This document shows, piece after piece, positions 52,297-64,000 of a stretch of 64,000 nucleotides of DNA. The notes beneath the pieces are model-generated. The model saw only the letters and a program-made list of their open reading frames with translations, was not told where the DNA came from and searched no databases. Position 1 is the stretch's first letter, and each line of letters opens with the position of its first letter. The position numbers were made by a program, and so were the translations under genes. Source of the stretch: Eledone cirrhosa (lineage: Eukaryota); assembly GCA_964016885.1 (NCBI GenBank), contig OZ024759.1:16306001-16370000 (forward strand), given 5' to 3'.

Positions 52297-55200
52297 GTTT
52301 GATTTTTGAGAAATGAATAATATAATATTTTGTTTCTGAATTTGTTTAGCAAGATTCTTTATTTATTATAATAAATTGAAGTGAAAGTAACTGGGGCGTG
52401 TGTTTCTTATTGGCAACATGACCCTCCCAAAGTATAACAATAATATAATAGTTATAGGTACTTAAAAATTGAATTTTTTAGTAATTTCTCCTCAGATATA
52501 TCCATGTTATCGTAGTTGTTATTGTGTATGTATGTGTGTGTGTGTGTGTATATATATATACACACACACACATATATATTCATTTATTATGTCCAACCTT
52601 TGCTAACAAGGAAAGCAGCTGTAAAATGAGGATGAGAGAGATGTATAATATCTTTTGTACACTTGTAGTTGGTTAAACCATTGAAAGAAAAATTGAAAAC
52701 GAAAATAATTGTATGATGCCTCTGTGTAAAATGTGATGCTGTGTGGTGGTGAAACATGGGTAGTGAGTGCAGAGATATGTGAAGGCTGGAGAGAAATGAA
52801 GCGGGCATGCTTCAATGGGTGTGCAAAACATGGATGAACTGAGTAAAAAACGGTATAAGAGGAATGTAGTGTGTGACGAAGTATGGATGAACTGACAAAA
52901 AAGCTGGGTATAAGAAAAACCAGAAGTAGTGTGCAAGAGAGGAGATTACAATGGTATAGATGTATGATGTACATGAATGATGATCATTGGGTAAAGAAGT
53001 GCCAAGAAATCCCAGTGGAGGGAAGCCTCAGTAGCGGAACGCCAAAGAAGGAGGAGGTGAAAGCTGATTTCCAATTGATGAGGATTATAGAATGGAAGCA
53101 CATGGCTTAGTGGTTAGAGCATTGGCCTTGCAATTGAAAGGTTGTGAGTTCAATTCTTAGACCGGGTGATGTGTTGTTTCCTTGAGCAAGACACTTTATT
53201 TCACATTGCTCCAGTTTACTCAGCTGTAGAAATGAGATGATAGGGACTGGGGTCCCTATCATTCCACTGCAAAGTGGTCGTAGAGGTGCCACGGCAAAAA
53301 AGCACTCAGCACTCACTGTAAATGAGGTTGGTGTTAGGAAGGGCATCCAGCTGTAGAAATCAAGCCAGAATCAGTTCCCGTCCCACCCTTGCAAGCAGGG
53401 AAAAAGCGGACGTAAAATGAAATGAATGATGAAGGAATGTGATGAGTGGGGAGATGATTTGCAGAAAAAGACCCATGCAAACATGAAACAACAGACATGA
53501 AATGATGTTGATGAAGATGATGATGATGATTTGGCTTACAAGCATTATTTTTACCTTTATATTTTGTTCTTTTCCTCAGGTAGATGTTTACCTATCCAAA
53601 AGTCTAGCTGAAAACTTATATCTTCTCCAGGTAGAGTTACAAACTCATTTTTCTCTGTATTTTTAAAGCTACATGAATGAAAGAAATATATATTACTGTG
53701 AATAAAATTCCCATTTAAATATTACATAACTTCAATTTCTTCTAATTTAATGAAAGGATTGAAGGGTCTTTTCAGTTGTATCAAGAACACGACAACCTCC
53801 TTAGTACTGGTGCCATAATCAAATGCACCCAGTACACTCTGTAAAGTGGTTGGTGATAGAGATTACACCAAGCTATAGAAATCATGCTTAAGAAAGGATT
53901 GGGAAGACTCTTCAGTTGTTTTAAGTGATATGACAACCTCCTTAGTACTGGTGCCATAATCAAATGCACCCAGTACACTCTGTAAAGTGGTTGGTGATAG
54001 AGATTACACCAAGCTATAGAAATCATGCTAATCAAAGGGTTGGGAAGACTTTTCAGTTGTATTAAGGACAGTGATGATCTTATTAACACTGGATCATTTA
54101 ATTGACTCCCTATCAAGTTATGTAACCCCAGATAGACATGATATTTGCTGTTACTGAAAGTGTTATTTTCTGCAATGTCATAATGCTGGAACTGATTCCA
54201 ATTCTCTCAATGTTTTTCTGGAGGTTTACTGTCACAGACCCAAATACTCTAATCACAATTATTATTATTATTATTATTAGGTGCGGTGGATTGGCAGTAT
54301 CGGTAGAGGGTCGGACGCCATGCTTTGCAGCAAAGAGTTACGGCCCTTTATGGTCTGAGTTCAAATCCCGCCGAGGTTAACTTTGCCTTTCATCCTTACG
54401 GGGTCGATAAAATAAAGTATCAGTAATACACTGGGATAATTGCAGGCCTTGTGCCTAAAGTAGAAACAATTGGCAGTAATCTGTTGAGCATCTGACAACA
54501 TGCGTTGCAGCAAAAGATAATAGCCCTTTATATTCTGGGTTCAAATCCTGCCGATGTTAGCTTTGCCTGTCATCCTTTCGGGGGTCAATAAAATAACTCA
54601 CCAGTAATGCAATAGGGGATGATTTAATTGACTTTCGTTTTCTCTAAATTGCTGGCCTTGTGCCTAGGTGGTTTGGCAGTATTGGTAGAGCGTCAGACAC
54701 CATGCTTTACAGCATAGTTATGGCCCTTTACGTTCTGAGTTCAAATCCTGCCACGGTTAACTTTGTCTTTCATCCTTACGGGGTCGATAAAATAAAGTAC
54801 CAGTAATGCACTGGGGTAATTGCTGGCCTTGTACCTAAAGTAGAAACATTACGGGGTCGATAAAATAAAGTACCAGTAATGCACTGGGTAATTGCTGGCC
54901 TTGTGCCAAAAGTAGAAACAATTATTATTATTTTTAATTCGTTTTTGTTTCTTTACACAGTACCTTGTTCGACCATCTCATCTCACTTATGAAGATATCA
55001 CACCTCTAGGGGTAAAGGTGAAACCTACACAGAAAGAGGTAAGTTATAATCTTCTCAGTTGCCTAGTTTTTATGTTGTGGGACTCACATTCACATGGTTG
55101 TGGTTTTGGTATCTAGACCAGGTGATATGTTGTGTTCTTAAACAAGACACTTCATTCATGTTTCTCTTCAGGATAAGATTGGGGGCCCCTGCCAAGAAAC

Positions 55201-58200
55201 CTGAGAGGCAAGCTAAATCTTCATAGGTGTGAGCTGTAACAACAACATACATGTTTGAATATATGATAGAACAAAGGGCAGTATCATTAAAACAAAGGAG
55301 ATATCTTGTGACAACTTGTCTAATCCATGTAAACATGGAAAACAGATGTTAAATGGTGACGACAATGATGAAGGCAGTACGAAGATGATTTTGTGTTTGA
55401 TTGCACATCGTGGCACCTTATGCTACACGCTGTAAAGTGGTTGGTGATAGGAAGGGCATTCAGCCATAGAAAGCTTGCCAAAAAAAACGAGTTGAGAAGC
55501 CCCTTTAGTTGTGTCAAAGACATAACAACCTCTCTAGTGCTGGCCCCATGATAAAAAGCACTCGGTAGAGTGTAAGGACGTATGTAAACAAAGAATGCAG
55601 GTGCCCAACCTGTCTGGGATGTTAGCAGATACACTTCAGTACTAACTCAGTCTGTGGCGGCTCCATAGACTGATGCTTATCTCGGTTTCCTTGACTGAGA
55701 GTACCAGGCACCCTGCTGGACAAGTCACCAGTCCATCTCAGTCTGTCTGATGCCCGGAGGCTTATCAGCCTCGTGCTTATCCCAGTTTCCTTGACTGAGA
55801 GTGCCAGACACCCTGCTGGACAAGTCACCAGTCCATCTCAGTCTCTCTGATGCCCGGAGGCTTATCAGCCTAGTGTTTGTCCTAGTTTTCTTTGTGTTAA
55901 GCAACTGAGTGTATTAGACTCTTCCCTAGACAAGACACCAGTCCATTGCAGGATTAAAACCCCAGCTCCTGTGGTTCTCATTTTCAGCTGAGTGTACTGG
56001 AATAACGTAAAAGGAAGTATTTTGCTCAAGCATGCAAGGGTTTTTATTTAAATTAAAATCTTCCAACATAATTTTACATAAGAACCATTTGTTAAGTTAG
56101 TATCGGTAATGAAATAATTAATAATTTCAGTAAATCTCTCAAACTACCAAGTCAAAATTGGCTGTGGTTCTATGAAACAAAATCACCTATTTTAAAGGGC
56201 TCCCATTTCTTTTTCTTCTTTGCCCACTTATTTCTGAGAGAGTCATTGGGGCAGAATCCTCCAACTGATGTAACTGGATCCCCAAGTGAGACCAGCCAAG
56301 CTCATGGATGTTGTCCAACCATCGTGCTCGGGGTCTATCTCTGCGTCTCTTGCTGGTTGGTTTCACTCATAAAACCAGTCCAGCAATTCTTTCCTGGGGA
56401 ATTCTTACCACATGTCCATAATATCAGAGCTGTGATCTCTCAATTCAGAGAAGTAATGGCTCTAGCTGAAGTGACACTCTGATCTCCAAGCTATGCACTC
56501 TATCGGGTAATGTTATTCCAAAGACCTTTCAGAGGAACTCCATTTCCGCTGCTTGTATTCATAAATTCATAAATTTTTTTAAACTTTCAAAATTTTGGAT
56601 AAAGGCTCCTTAATTTATATTTCCTTTTCTCTATTGGTGGTTGATTTTTGTTTGCTTGTATTTTTCATTTGGTCTCCAGATTGAAATTCAACTGCCTGTT
56701 AATACAAAGAGCAGCAATTATGCATTTAGTAAAGGTGAACAGATGGCTCTTATGGTTGATGGTCGGTACAAACCTTCAGAACAGAACTTCTTTGACAGGT
56801 GACTGGTTTTTAGTTATACAAGCAATTCATTAACCCTTTTGATACCAACTTGCCTGAAACCATTCATATTTTTTTTTGTATACAAAACTACTCATTTTAA
56901 CGCTTTAGCATTTACATTACTCTATATATACTATTGTATCTCGAATCTATGAGATTTTGATATTATTTATTTGAGGACAATACCTTAACATCAGTATGAG
57001 CGGCTGGTTACAGCCAGTTTGAACAGAAAGATGTGAGAGAATTCTGGCCAGATACGGCTGGTTTAAATGCTAAAGAGTTAATGAAAAACACTGTATGTGG
57101 TTTCAAAAGGATTTTTAAAATAGATAAGAATTTTTAGAGATTTTGTAATATAACTTTCTTATTATTAAGCTTGTGTTTAACCCTTTAGCATTCACATTAC
57201 TCTATATATACTATTGTATTTTCACAGAAAAGTCTTTATATCTCACATAATATAAAATCTACAAGATTTTGAGATCAATACCTCAACCCTTTAGCATTTA
57301 CATTATTTTATATTTGCTATTGTATTTTCACAGTAAAGGCTTTATCTTACATAATTATCTCATATAATACCAAATCTACAAGATTTTGATGTTATTTGTT
57401 TTGAGAACAATACCTTAATGTAGGTATGAGCAGCCGGTTACAGCCAGTTTGAACAGAAAGAGGTGAGAGAGTCCTGGCCAGATACGACCGGTTTAAATGC
57501 TAAAGGGTTAACATAAGTATGAGCAGCTGGTTACAACCAGTTTGAACAGAAAGAAGTGAGAGGATTCTGGCCAGATATGGCCTGTTTAAATGGTAAACGG
57601 TTAAGGGCTTTGGGTTAGCAGTATCTGTAGTGTTGGACGAAATGCTTTGCACTATTGGGTTATGGCTTTTTACATTCTCAGTTCAAATCTCGTTGAGGTT
57701 AACTTTGCCTTTCATCTCCACGGAGGTTGATAAAACAAAGTACCAGTCAAAATTCTGGGTGGATCTAACCGACTTCTTCACCCCTCCTTGAAAATTGCTG
57801 GCCTTGTGCCTAAATTAGAAACTGATTGATTCAATTGTAACATATTCTTCACTGTCAGAATATAATATCATTCTTTTCTTATTTATTCCAACAGTAATGT
57901 TATGGACAAAACCATCCTTGCCTCTGGTCCATCATCGGTCTCTACTCATCGATATGCTGTTGGTATTTACAAAGACAGTAAGTCACAACTATGTTTGGAA
58001 TTGTGTTGTGTTGTTGTTTATTGTTGTCATTTAATAGTTGTACTTAGGGTGGTGGATTGGCAAAATTGGTGGAGCTTTGGATAAAATGTTTTCAGATCAT
58101 CATCATCATCATCGTTTAACATCCATCTTCCACACTAGCATGGGTTGGATGGGTTTGCCCCACTTTAGGCAAGATTGGTCGGGTGAATGTGTCTCACTCA

Positions 58201-61200
58201 TATAGAACTGTTTCTGGCAGGTTTTCTACGGCTGCATGCCCTTCCTAACGCCAACCACATTTCAGTGTGGACTGGGAGCCTTTTTACCGTCTCTCCTACA
58301 CAACCACTTTACAGTTCTTGCTCTTTACATTTAAGTTCAAATCCCACCCAGGTCAATTTTGTCTTTCATCTTTCAGTCATGTACTGGGGCTGATTTAATC
58401 AACTTTGCCCTTCCCCAAACTTTTGCTGGCCTTGTGCCTAAATTAGAAATCATTTAGTATTTGTTCCTGTGATTTAAAGGACTGGCCTTGTCTCACACTG
58501 TATTTGGCTAAATTTCCATAAATTATGGGGCATGTGGTTGGAATGTCTCAGGAAAGAATTGTTGGACAGATTTTATGATTGCGAATACGAGCAACAGAAA
58601 CGGGGTTCCTCCAAAGGGTCTTTAGAGTAACGTTACTCGATAGAGTGCGTAGCTCGCAGATCAGAGAGTCACTCCAGGTAGAGCCGCTACTTCTCCAAAT
58701 TGAGAGACCACAGCTCTGATACTACGGGTATGTGGTTAGAATGTCTCAGGAATGAATTGCTGGACAGAATTTAAAAGCAAAACCAACCGGCAGGATACCC
58801 AGAGCTAGTCCCTGAGCAGGATGCTTGGATCACATCCATGAGCTTGGCTGGTTTCGCTTGGGGATCCAGCTAGATCAGTTGTAGACAGTTGCTTCTGATA
58901 GGACCCGCTGGAGGGAGTGCTTAAGGACTCTGCCTCCATGACCCTCAGGAATAAGTGGGCGAAGAAGAAAAAGGTTGTTCCGTTGATCATATTAACTGGA
59001 ACACTCCTCGTCGGAACCAATACAGGTCCATAAAACACACATACATGCACATACACACATATCCTCATACCCACACACACATACACTCAGGACAATATGA
59101 TGAACAAAATGGCTTGCTGTAGTTCAATTACATTACATTCATAAATGTTCTAATTTCAAACACCTCAGAAGTTGACTTTGTATTTCACCTTTACATTATC
59201 TTATCACCATTCGGCGGTGGATTGGCAGTATCGGTAGAGAGTCGGGCGCCATGCTTTCCAGCATAGTTACGTCCCTTTACGGTCTGAGTTCAAATTCCGC
59301 TGAGGTTAACTTTGCCTTTCATCTATACGGGGTCGATAAAATAATGAACTGGGTAATTGCTGGTCTTGTGCCAAAAGTAGAAACAATTATCTTATCACCA
59401 TTCAGTGTTTATTTCCCATATTTGCATGGGCTCATGGCTGTCATGTGCTGAAGCCAGACCTGTCAGGTGACTAGATCCTGTTTGTATGCTTTGTTTTGAC
59501 TTGGTTTCCACAGTTGGATAACTTTCCTAACACCAACCACTTTACAGTGTGTACTGGGAGCATGGTTTCCACAGCTTGATGCCCTTCCTAACATCAACCA
59601 CTTTACAGTGTGTACTAGTAGCATGGTTTCCACCACTAAATGCCCATCCTAACACCAACCACTTTACATCATGTACTGGGAGCATGGTTTCCACAGCTAA
59701 ATGCCCTTCCTAGCAGCAATCACTTTACAGAATGTATTAAAAGATTGTTTCCATAACTGGAAGCCCTTCGTAACTCTTAAATATCAAGGACTAATTAAAC
59801 CCTCCAAAGTAGCATCCTGACGTCTTTGTTATAACTATTTTTAGCATTTAATGTCCCATTTGCATTGCTGTAGCCTTCTAATAAATCACCCTACTTTCTA
59901 GACTTTACACAATGCTTCAAGCAAACTACAACACCCTCATAAACTATGTTGTTCAAATTTCCAGATGAGTTTCACTTGACACCACTTTATGCAATGGCTC
60001 AAGTTAGGCCCTCGTTCTCCTACATGGACAGAGCAGATGCCAAGCAAAAACTCAATATCAAGCAGAGTGAAGGAGGAGGTAAGTGAAGTATTTATTGAAT
60101 GATTCTAAAACAGTGATATTGAACCTTTTCGTTACCAAAGGCCCCTGTTTTATTTAGCCCTTTCATGACCATATTCCTAATGAAATACACCAATAATTTA
60201 GGTTGTTATACTGTTAACCTTTTTGACACCAACTTGGCCCAAACCTCCCGGTTTGATGAATAATATAGACCTCCCAGACAGGCTGAGGGATCTGTATCCT
60301 GCTTACGTATAGTCATATCGAGTGCAGAGGAGAAGTTGTCGTGTCTTCTGACACAAACTAAAGGGTCCTCCTAACCACTTGTTTGGAAAGCTTTCTATGG
60401 CTCGATGCTCTTCGTAACACCAACCATATTACAGCGTGTTCTGGGTGCTTTTATTGTGTAGAACACCAGCACTAGGGATGCTGTCATGTCCTTGACACAA
60501 CAAAAGAGTCCTCATAACCCATTGTTTGGAAAGCTCTCTCTCACGGCTGAATTACCATTTTGTTGTTTAAAAAAATAATAATCTCATCAAGGTCTGGTTT
60601 ACTTTTCATCCTTTCACAGAGAAAAAAAAAACAACGTAAATAAAGTACTAGCTATATATCTGGTCACAACAGGTTAAAGAGTAGCTGTGTTTTTGTTTTT
60701 TCTTAGCATTATTTGATATCCATATTTTTCTTTTCTTTTCTGTTTTCCAGAATCTTCTCAAGAAGAGGAAGAAGAAGAAGCTAAACCAGTCCGTTTGAAG
60801 TTTGCCAGGCATGAAACTGTGGAAGCAAAAGCTAGACGTATGGCATCTTATGATTATTATCAGAGGAAGAGAGATGAAGAACAATGGGTAGACGTTCAAT
60901 ACCATTCCTTGGATGTAAGTAACTTTACTAGATTTAATCTCACGGCCATTGTCTTTGCCTTGGACAACATTGGTGTCAGGGATCGGAGAGCCTGGTATAC
61001 ATGGGTGACTGCTGGTCTTCTTTACTAGATTTAACCTTTTTACACCACTGACTGCTTCTATTATGTCTCATTTAACCCTTTAGCATTTAAACTGGCCATA
61101 TTCGACCAGAATTCTCTCACCTCTTTCTGTTCAAACCGGCTGTAACTGGCTGCTCATACTTATGTTAAGGTATTGTTCTCCAAATAAATAATATCAGTCT

Positions 61201-62772
61201 CATACATTCTGTATTATGTGAGATAATTATGAGAAATAAAGGGTTTACCATGAAAATACAATAGTAAATATGGAGTAATGTAAATGCTAAAGGGTTAACA
61301 CATGTACATCCAAGAGATGGCAACATGAATGGAAGTTATTTTTCACTAAAAACATTTGGGGGGGGGGGGATTCCACCCTGTCGATCCAAAACGTTAAGAG
61401 CCTCTTCCTGCTATTTCAAGCATTAAACTAATACATTCCTTCCATATATTGTACAGATTGTGTTGTGTAATAGTAATATACGTGAACGGCAAAGCATAAG
61501 TGAACTAAGTGAGAAACTAGGAATCAGATGTTGTTTACTTGAGAGAAGACTACGTTGGTATGGCCACGTGATGCGCATGAAAAACGACAGCTGCATAAAA
61601 TAGTGCAGGGCGATCAAAATTGATGGTAGTTACGGAGTAGGTAGACCCAGAAAAACCTGGGACGATCTGATAAATTCCGACCTTACACACTTGCACCTCT
61701 GGACCGAGATCTTTGGCGCTACGCAGTAATACAGAAGACCCACCTTGCCTATGTACAAAGCGAAACCTACAGTGAGTAGGCACCTCTTAACTAAATATAC
61801 ACCCCAATCCACTACCCCTACCCTATCCTCCCACTCCCACCAACACCACCCTCTCTCTGTAAAGTTGGTACCACAACATCCAGTCCAAATAAATGAGATA
61901 ATGAGATCGAGATGGTGTAGGTGTCACAACAAAAACAAACAAAAAAAACTACTCACAGTCCACGCTGTAATGTGGCCGTGTAGGTAACACGGTAAAAAGT
62001 TCCCAGTGTAAAGTTCCATACTTTAAATGTGGTTGGTGTTAGGAAGGGCATCCAGCCGTAGAAAGCCTGCCAGATAGTCCTATACGAGCGAGACACGGTC
62101 ACCCGACCAACCTTGCTTCAAGTGGCACAACTCCCGTCTAACCCATGCTAGCGTGGAAGATAGACGTTAAATGATGATGATGAGACATACATACATTTGT
62201 ATATAATTATGTATATATATGTATATATAAGTGAAGGCATGTGGCTGAGTGGTTAGAGAATTGGGTTTGCAATCGTGATGTTGTGAGTTTGATTCCCGGA
62301 CCGGGTGATGAGTTGTGTCATTGAGCAAGACACTTTATTTCACGTTGCTCCTTCTACCTGGAGTTGTGGCCAACAGAGGGTATTAAAAATTAGAAAGACC
62401 AATGGAAACATTGTTTCCTCAGTCCAATTTGACGAAAGTCGAGTGACTGTTGATATATATATATAAGGCGTATGGCTTAGTGGTTAGAGCGTCAGGCTTA
62501 CAATCTTGAGGTTGAGAGTTCGATTCTCGGACCGGGCTTTGTGTTGTGTTCTTGAGCAAAACACTTTATTTCACATTGCTCCAGTTCACTTAGCTGTAGA
62601 AATGAGTTTACCCAGCTATGGGTTAAATAGCCTCACCAACTTGCAATTGGCCAAGTGTGGTGAGTACGGCTACCCCTCTGACATGACCAAAACAGAAAAT
62701 GGTGGAGGTCAATTAGGGAGGGTTTCCTCTGGTAGGAGTGAAAAGGTGCTGGATTGAATATATATATATATG

Positions 62773-62833
<61 letters not shown>

Positions 62834-63078
62834 TGGTTATTCATATTTTTCTTTCTCAGGATGATAGGTCTATATCAGAGAGAAATTTACTGTTTGCCAC
62901 CAAAAATCATGAGGTCAGTGAGTTTAACATTCCACCCTGGGAATACCTGGAGAAGTTGATGCCCCCAATTACTGAAGAAGAAGAGTAAGTATTTTAAAAG
63001 GATCACCTATAGAATTGTCTCGTTCTTCTTAACAGCATGGACTCGGTGCATTATTCGTGCCACCAGCACTAGAAAGGT

Positions 63079-63141
<63 letters not shown>

Positions 63142-63981
63142 ATGTCGGGCCACTCTTGAGTGCTGCTAGTAACATGTAACCCAGTACAACCTGTTGCACG
63201 GTCGGGTCGTCGGCGACTAAACTGGCAACCCCACCAAGTTTACTTGGTGAGGAGGGTGATTTTGGACACCCTGCAGGACAAAAAACAAAGCCTGACAAAG
63301 GGCAGAAGAACTCATAAGAGTCAACGGCCATCCAAAAGTGTGTAAATATGTATATACACATGTATGTATATGTGTATGTGTATATACATGGGTGCATGTG
63401 TGTGTATATGCACGAGGACATAGAAATAGTCGGGCTGGACACCCGATCGCGCAGTTAAACCACTGGGAGTGAAGGACCCCTAGCCTTTGTCAGGGTATTC
63501 TTCTAGGAGAAGGCAACTCAGGAAACTGGGATAACTCTGATATAAAACCTGCGGCTCAGTAGTTACCGATGATGTTGATCTTTTCTTCTTTTCGGGTTAT
63601 AGCTACTGTCGCTCAGAGAGTGGGATTGGCTCAGTGCACAGTCTTTCCTCACTTTAAAAAAATCTTCACGCACAGGTATTGCACGATAGAATTAATTAAT
63701 AATTATTAATAATGGTATATCGTTCAATGGCCATACTCGATAACGAGGTGGGCAGCCATCATGTATATATATATATATATATATATATAAACACTTTAAA
63801 ATATACAGCTTTTGTAGTGTAGAACTAGGGGTGACTTGTTCTCTACTGAAACTATTTATCATATTAATGTTTCTTATTTGTTATAACAGGGAGAAACCAG
63901 CTCTTCCCAGCAACATCCTCTCATTGAGTCAGCTGCGTACAATGCCACTCCAAGAACAGGTGAAAGCTCTTCTCATAAATG
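50053..63981 (+). CDS. POLR3E: RNA polymerase III subunit RPC5, coding exons 1-9 (50053-50085, 53580-53630, 54961-55038, 56680-56798, 57895-57977, 59965-60078, 60751-60914, 62860-62984, 63890-63981); continues beyond window
   Basis: All introns are GT-AG with consistent phases. The spliced protein MADEDDPVVHEVDVYLSKSLAENLYLLQYLVRP...SKGEQMAL...HLTPL..AQVRPSFSYMD...PSNILSLSQLRTMPL matches the RPC5/Sin N-terminal region as recalled. Confidence 0.96.
51547..51656. ncRNA. Back-to-back pair of hammerhead-like motifs in POLR3E intron 1
   Basis: Minus 51547-51582: TTC-CTGATGA-aagacttaattcc-GAAACGTT-GAA. Plus 51586-51656: TTCTGT-CTGATGA-ACGGA.TCAGACG...CGTCTGA.TTCGT-GAAA...TA-ATAGAA. Confidence 0.55.
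54280..54925 (+). mobile_element. Tandem cluster of a second tRNA-derived SINE family (also ~34280-34440, 41355-41540 minus, 49715-49897 minus, 59213-59390)
   Basis: Head GGCGGTGGATTGGCAGTATCGGTAGAG...GAGTTCAAATCCC, body GCCTTTCATCCTTACGGGGTCGATAAAATAAAGTACCAG, and tail AAAGTAGAAACAATT. Confidence 0.85.
62758..63140. repeat. (TA)n microsatellites flanking POLR3E exon 8; (TA)n/(CA)n tracts also at ~38680, 39745, 40270, 40610, 52262
   Basis: Direct inspection. Confidence 0.95.
63144..63765 (+). mobile_element. Internally deleted, non-autonomous RTE-like element
   Basis: The 3' end ATGGCCATACTCGATAACGAG..GCAGCCATCAT matches the 3' end of the LINE at 13490/16090. The 5' part is a non-coding UTR-like segment related to ~34780-35075 on the minus strand. 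Confidence 0.55.
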
Positions 63982-64000
63982 GTAAGACATCCATCAATCA

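Noticed and set aside
53760-55870. Short tandem duplications (~150 bp at 53760-54060, ~110 bp at 55660-55870)
   Set aside because: Local duplications of SINE fragments with no sign of function.
57902-62988. Stand-alone small ORFs at 57902, 60795 and 62770
   Set aside because: They are POLR3E exons read through into introns.

Overview
AT-rich, intron-containing animal DNA, most likely a coleoid cephalopod (octopus-like). This is inferred from the KRAB-less C2H2 zinc-finger cluster, RTE LINEs and tRNA-derived SINEs. Bases 1-45.6 kb hold five single-coding-exon C2H2 genes: two long minus-strand genes with ~24-25 near-identical 84-bp fingers inside a segmental duplication, two intact plus-strand genes (8 and 9 fingers), and one plus-strand pseudogene cut off by a 49-bp satellite. 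Bases 50-64 kb hold the first nine coding exons of POLR3E (RPC5), which the ORF track largely misses. The rest is repeat-derived: RTE, CR1, CRE and Penelope-like retroelements, a Merlin/IS1595-like transposon, Helitron, mariner, piggyBac-type MITEs, SINEs and satellites. The most notable signals are minisatellite-like shuffling of the finger arrays, several hammerhead-ribozyme folds, a PHD finger inside an RTE reverse transcriptase, and an RTE with three C-terminal C2H2 fingers. Most short ORFs in the track are repeat remnants, often with non-ATG starts. All alignments and folds were done by eye and no database was searched.
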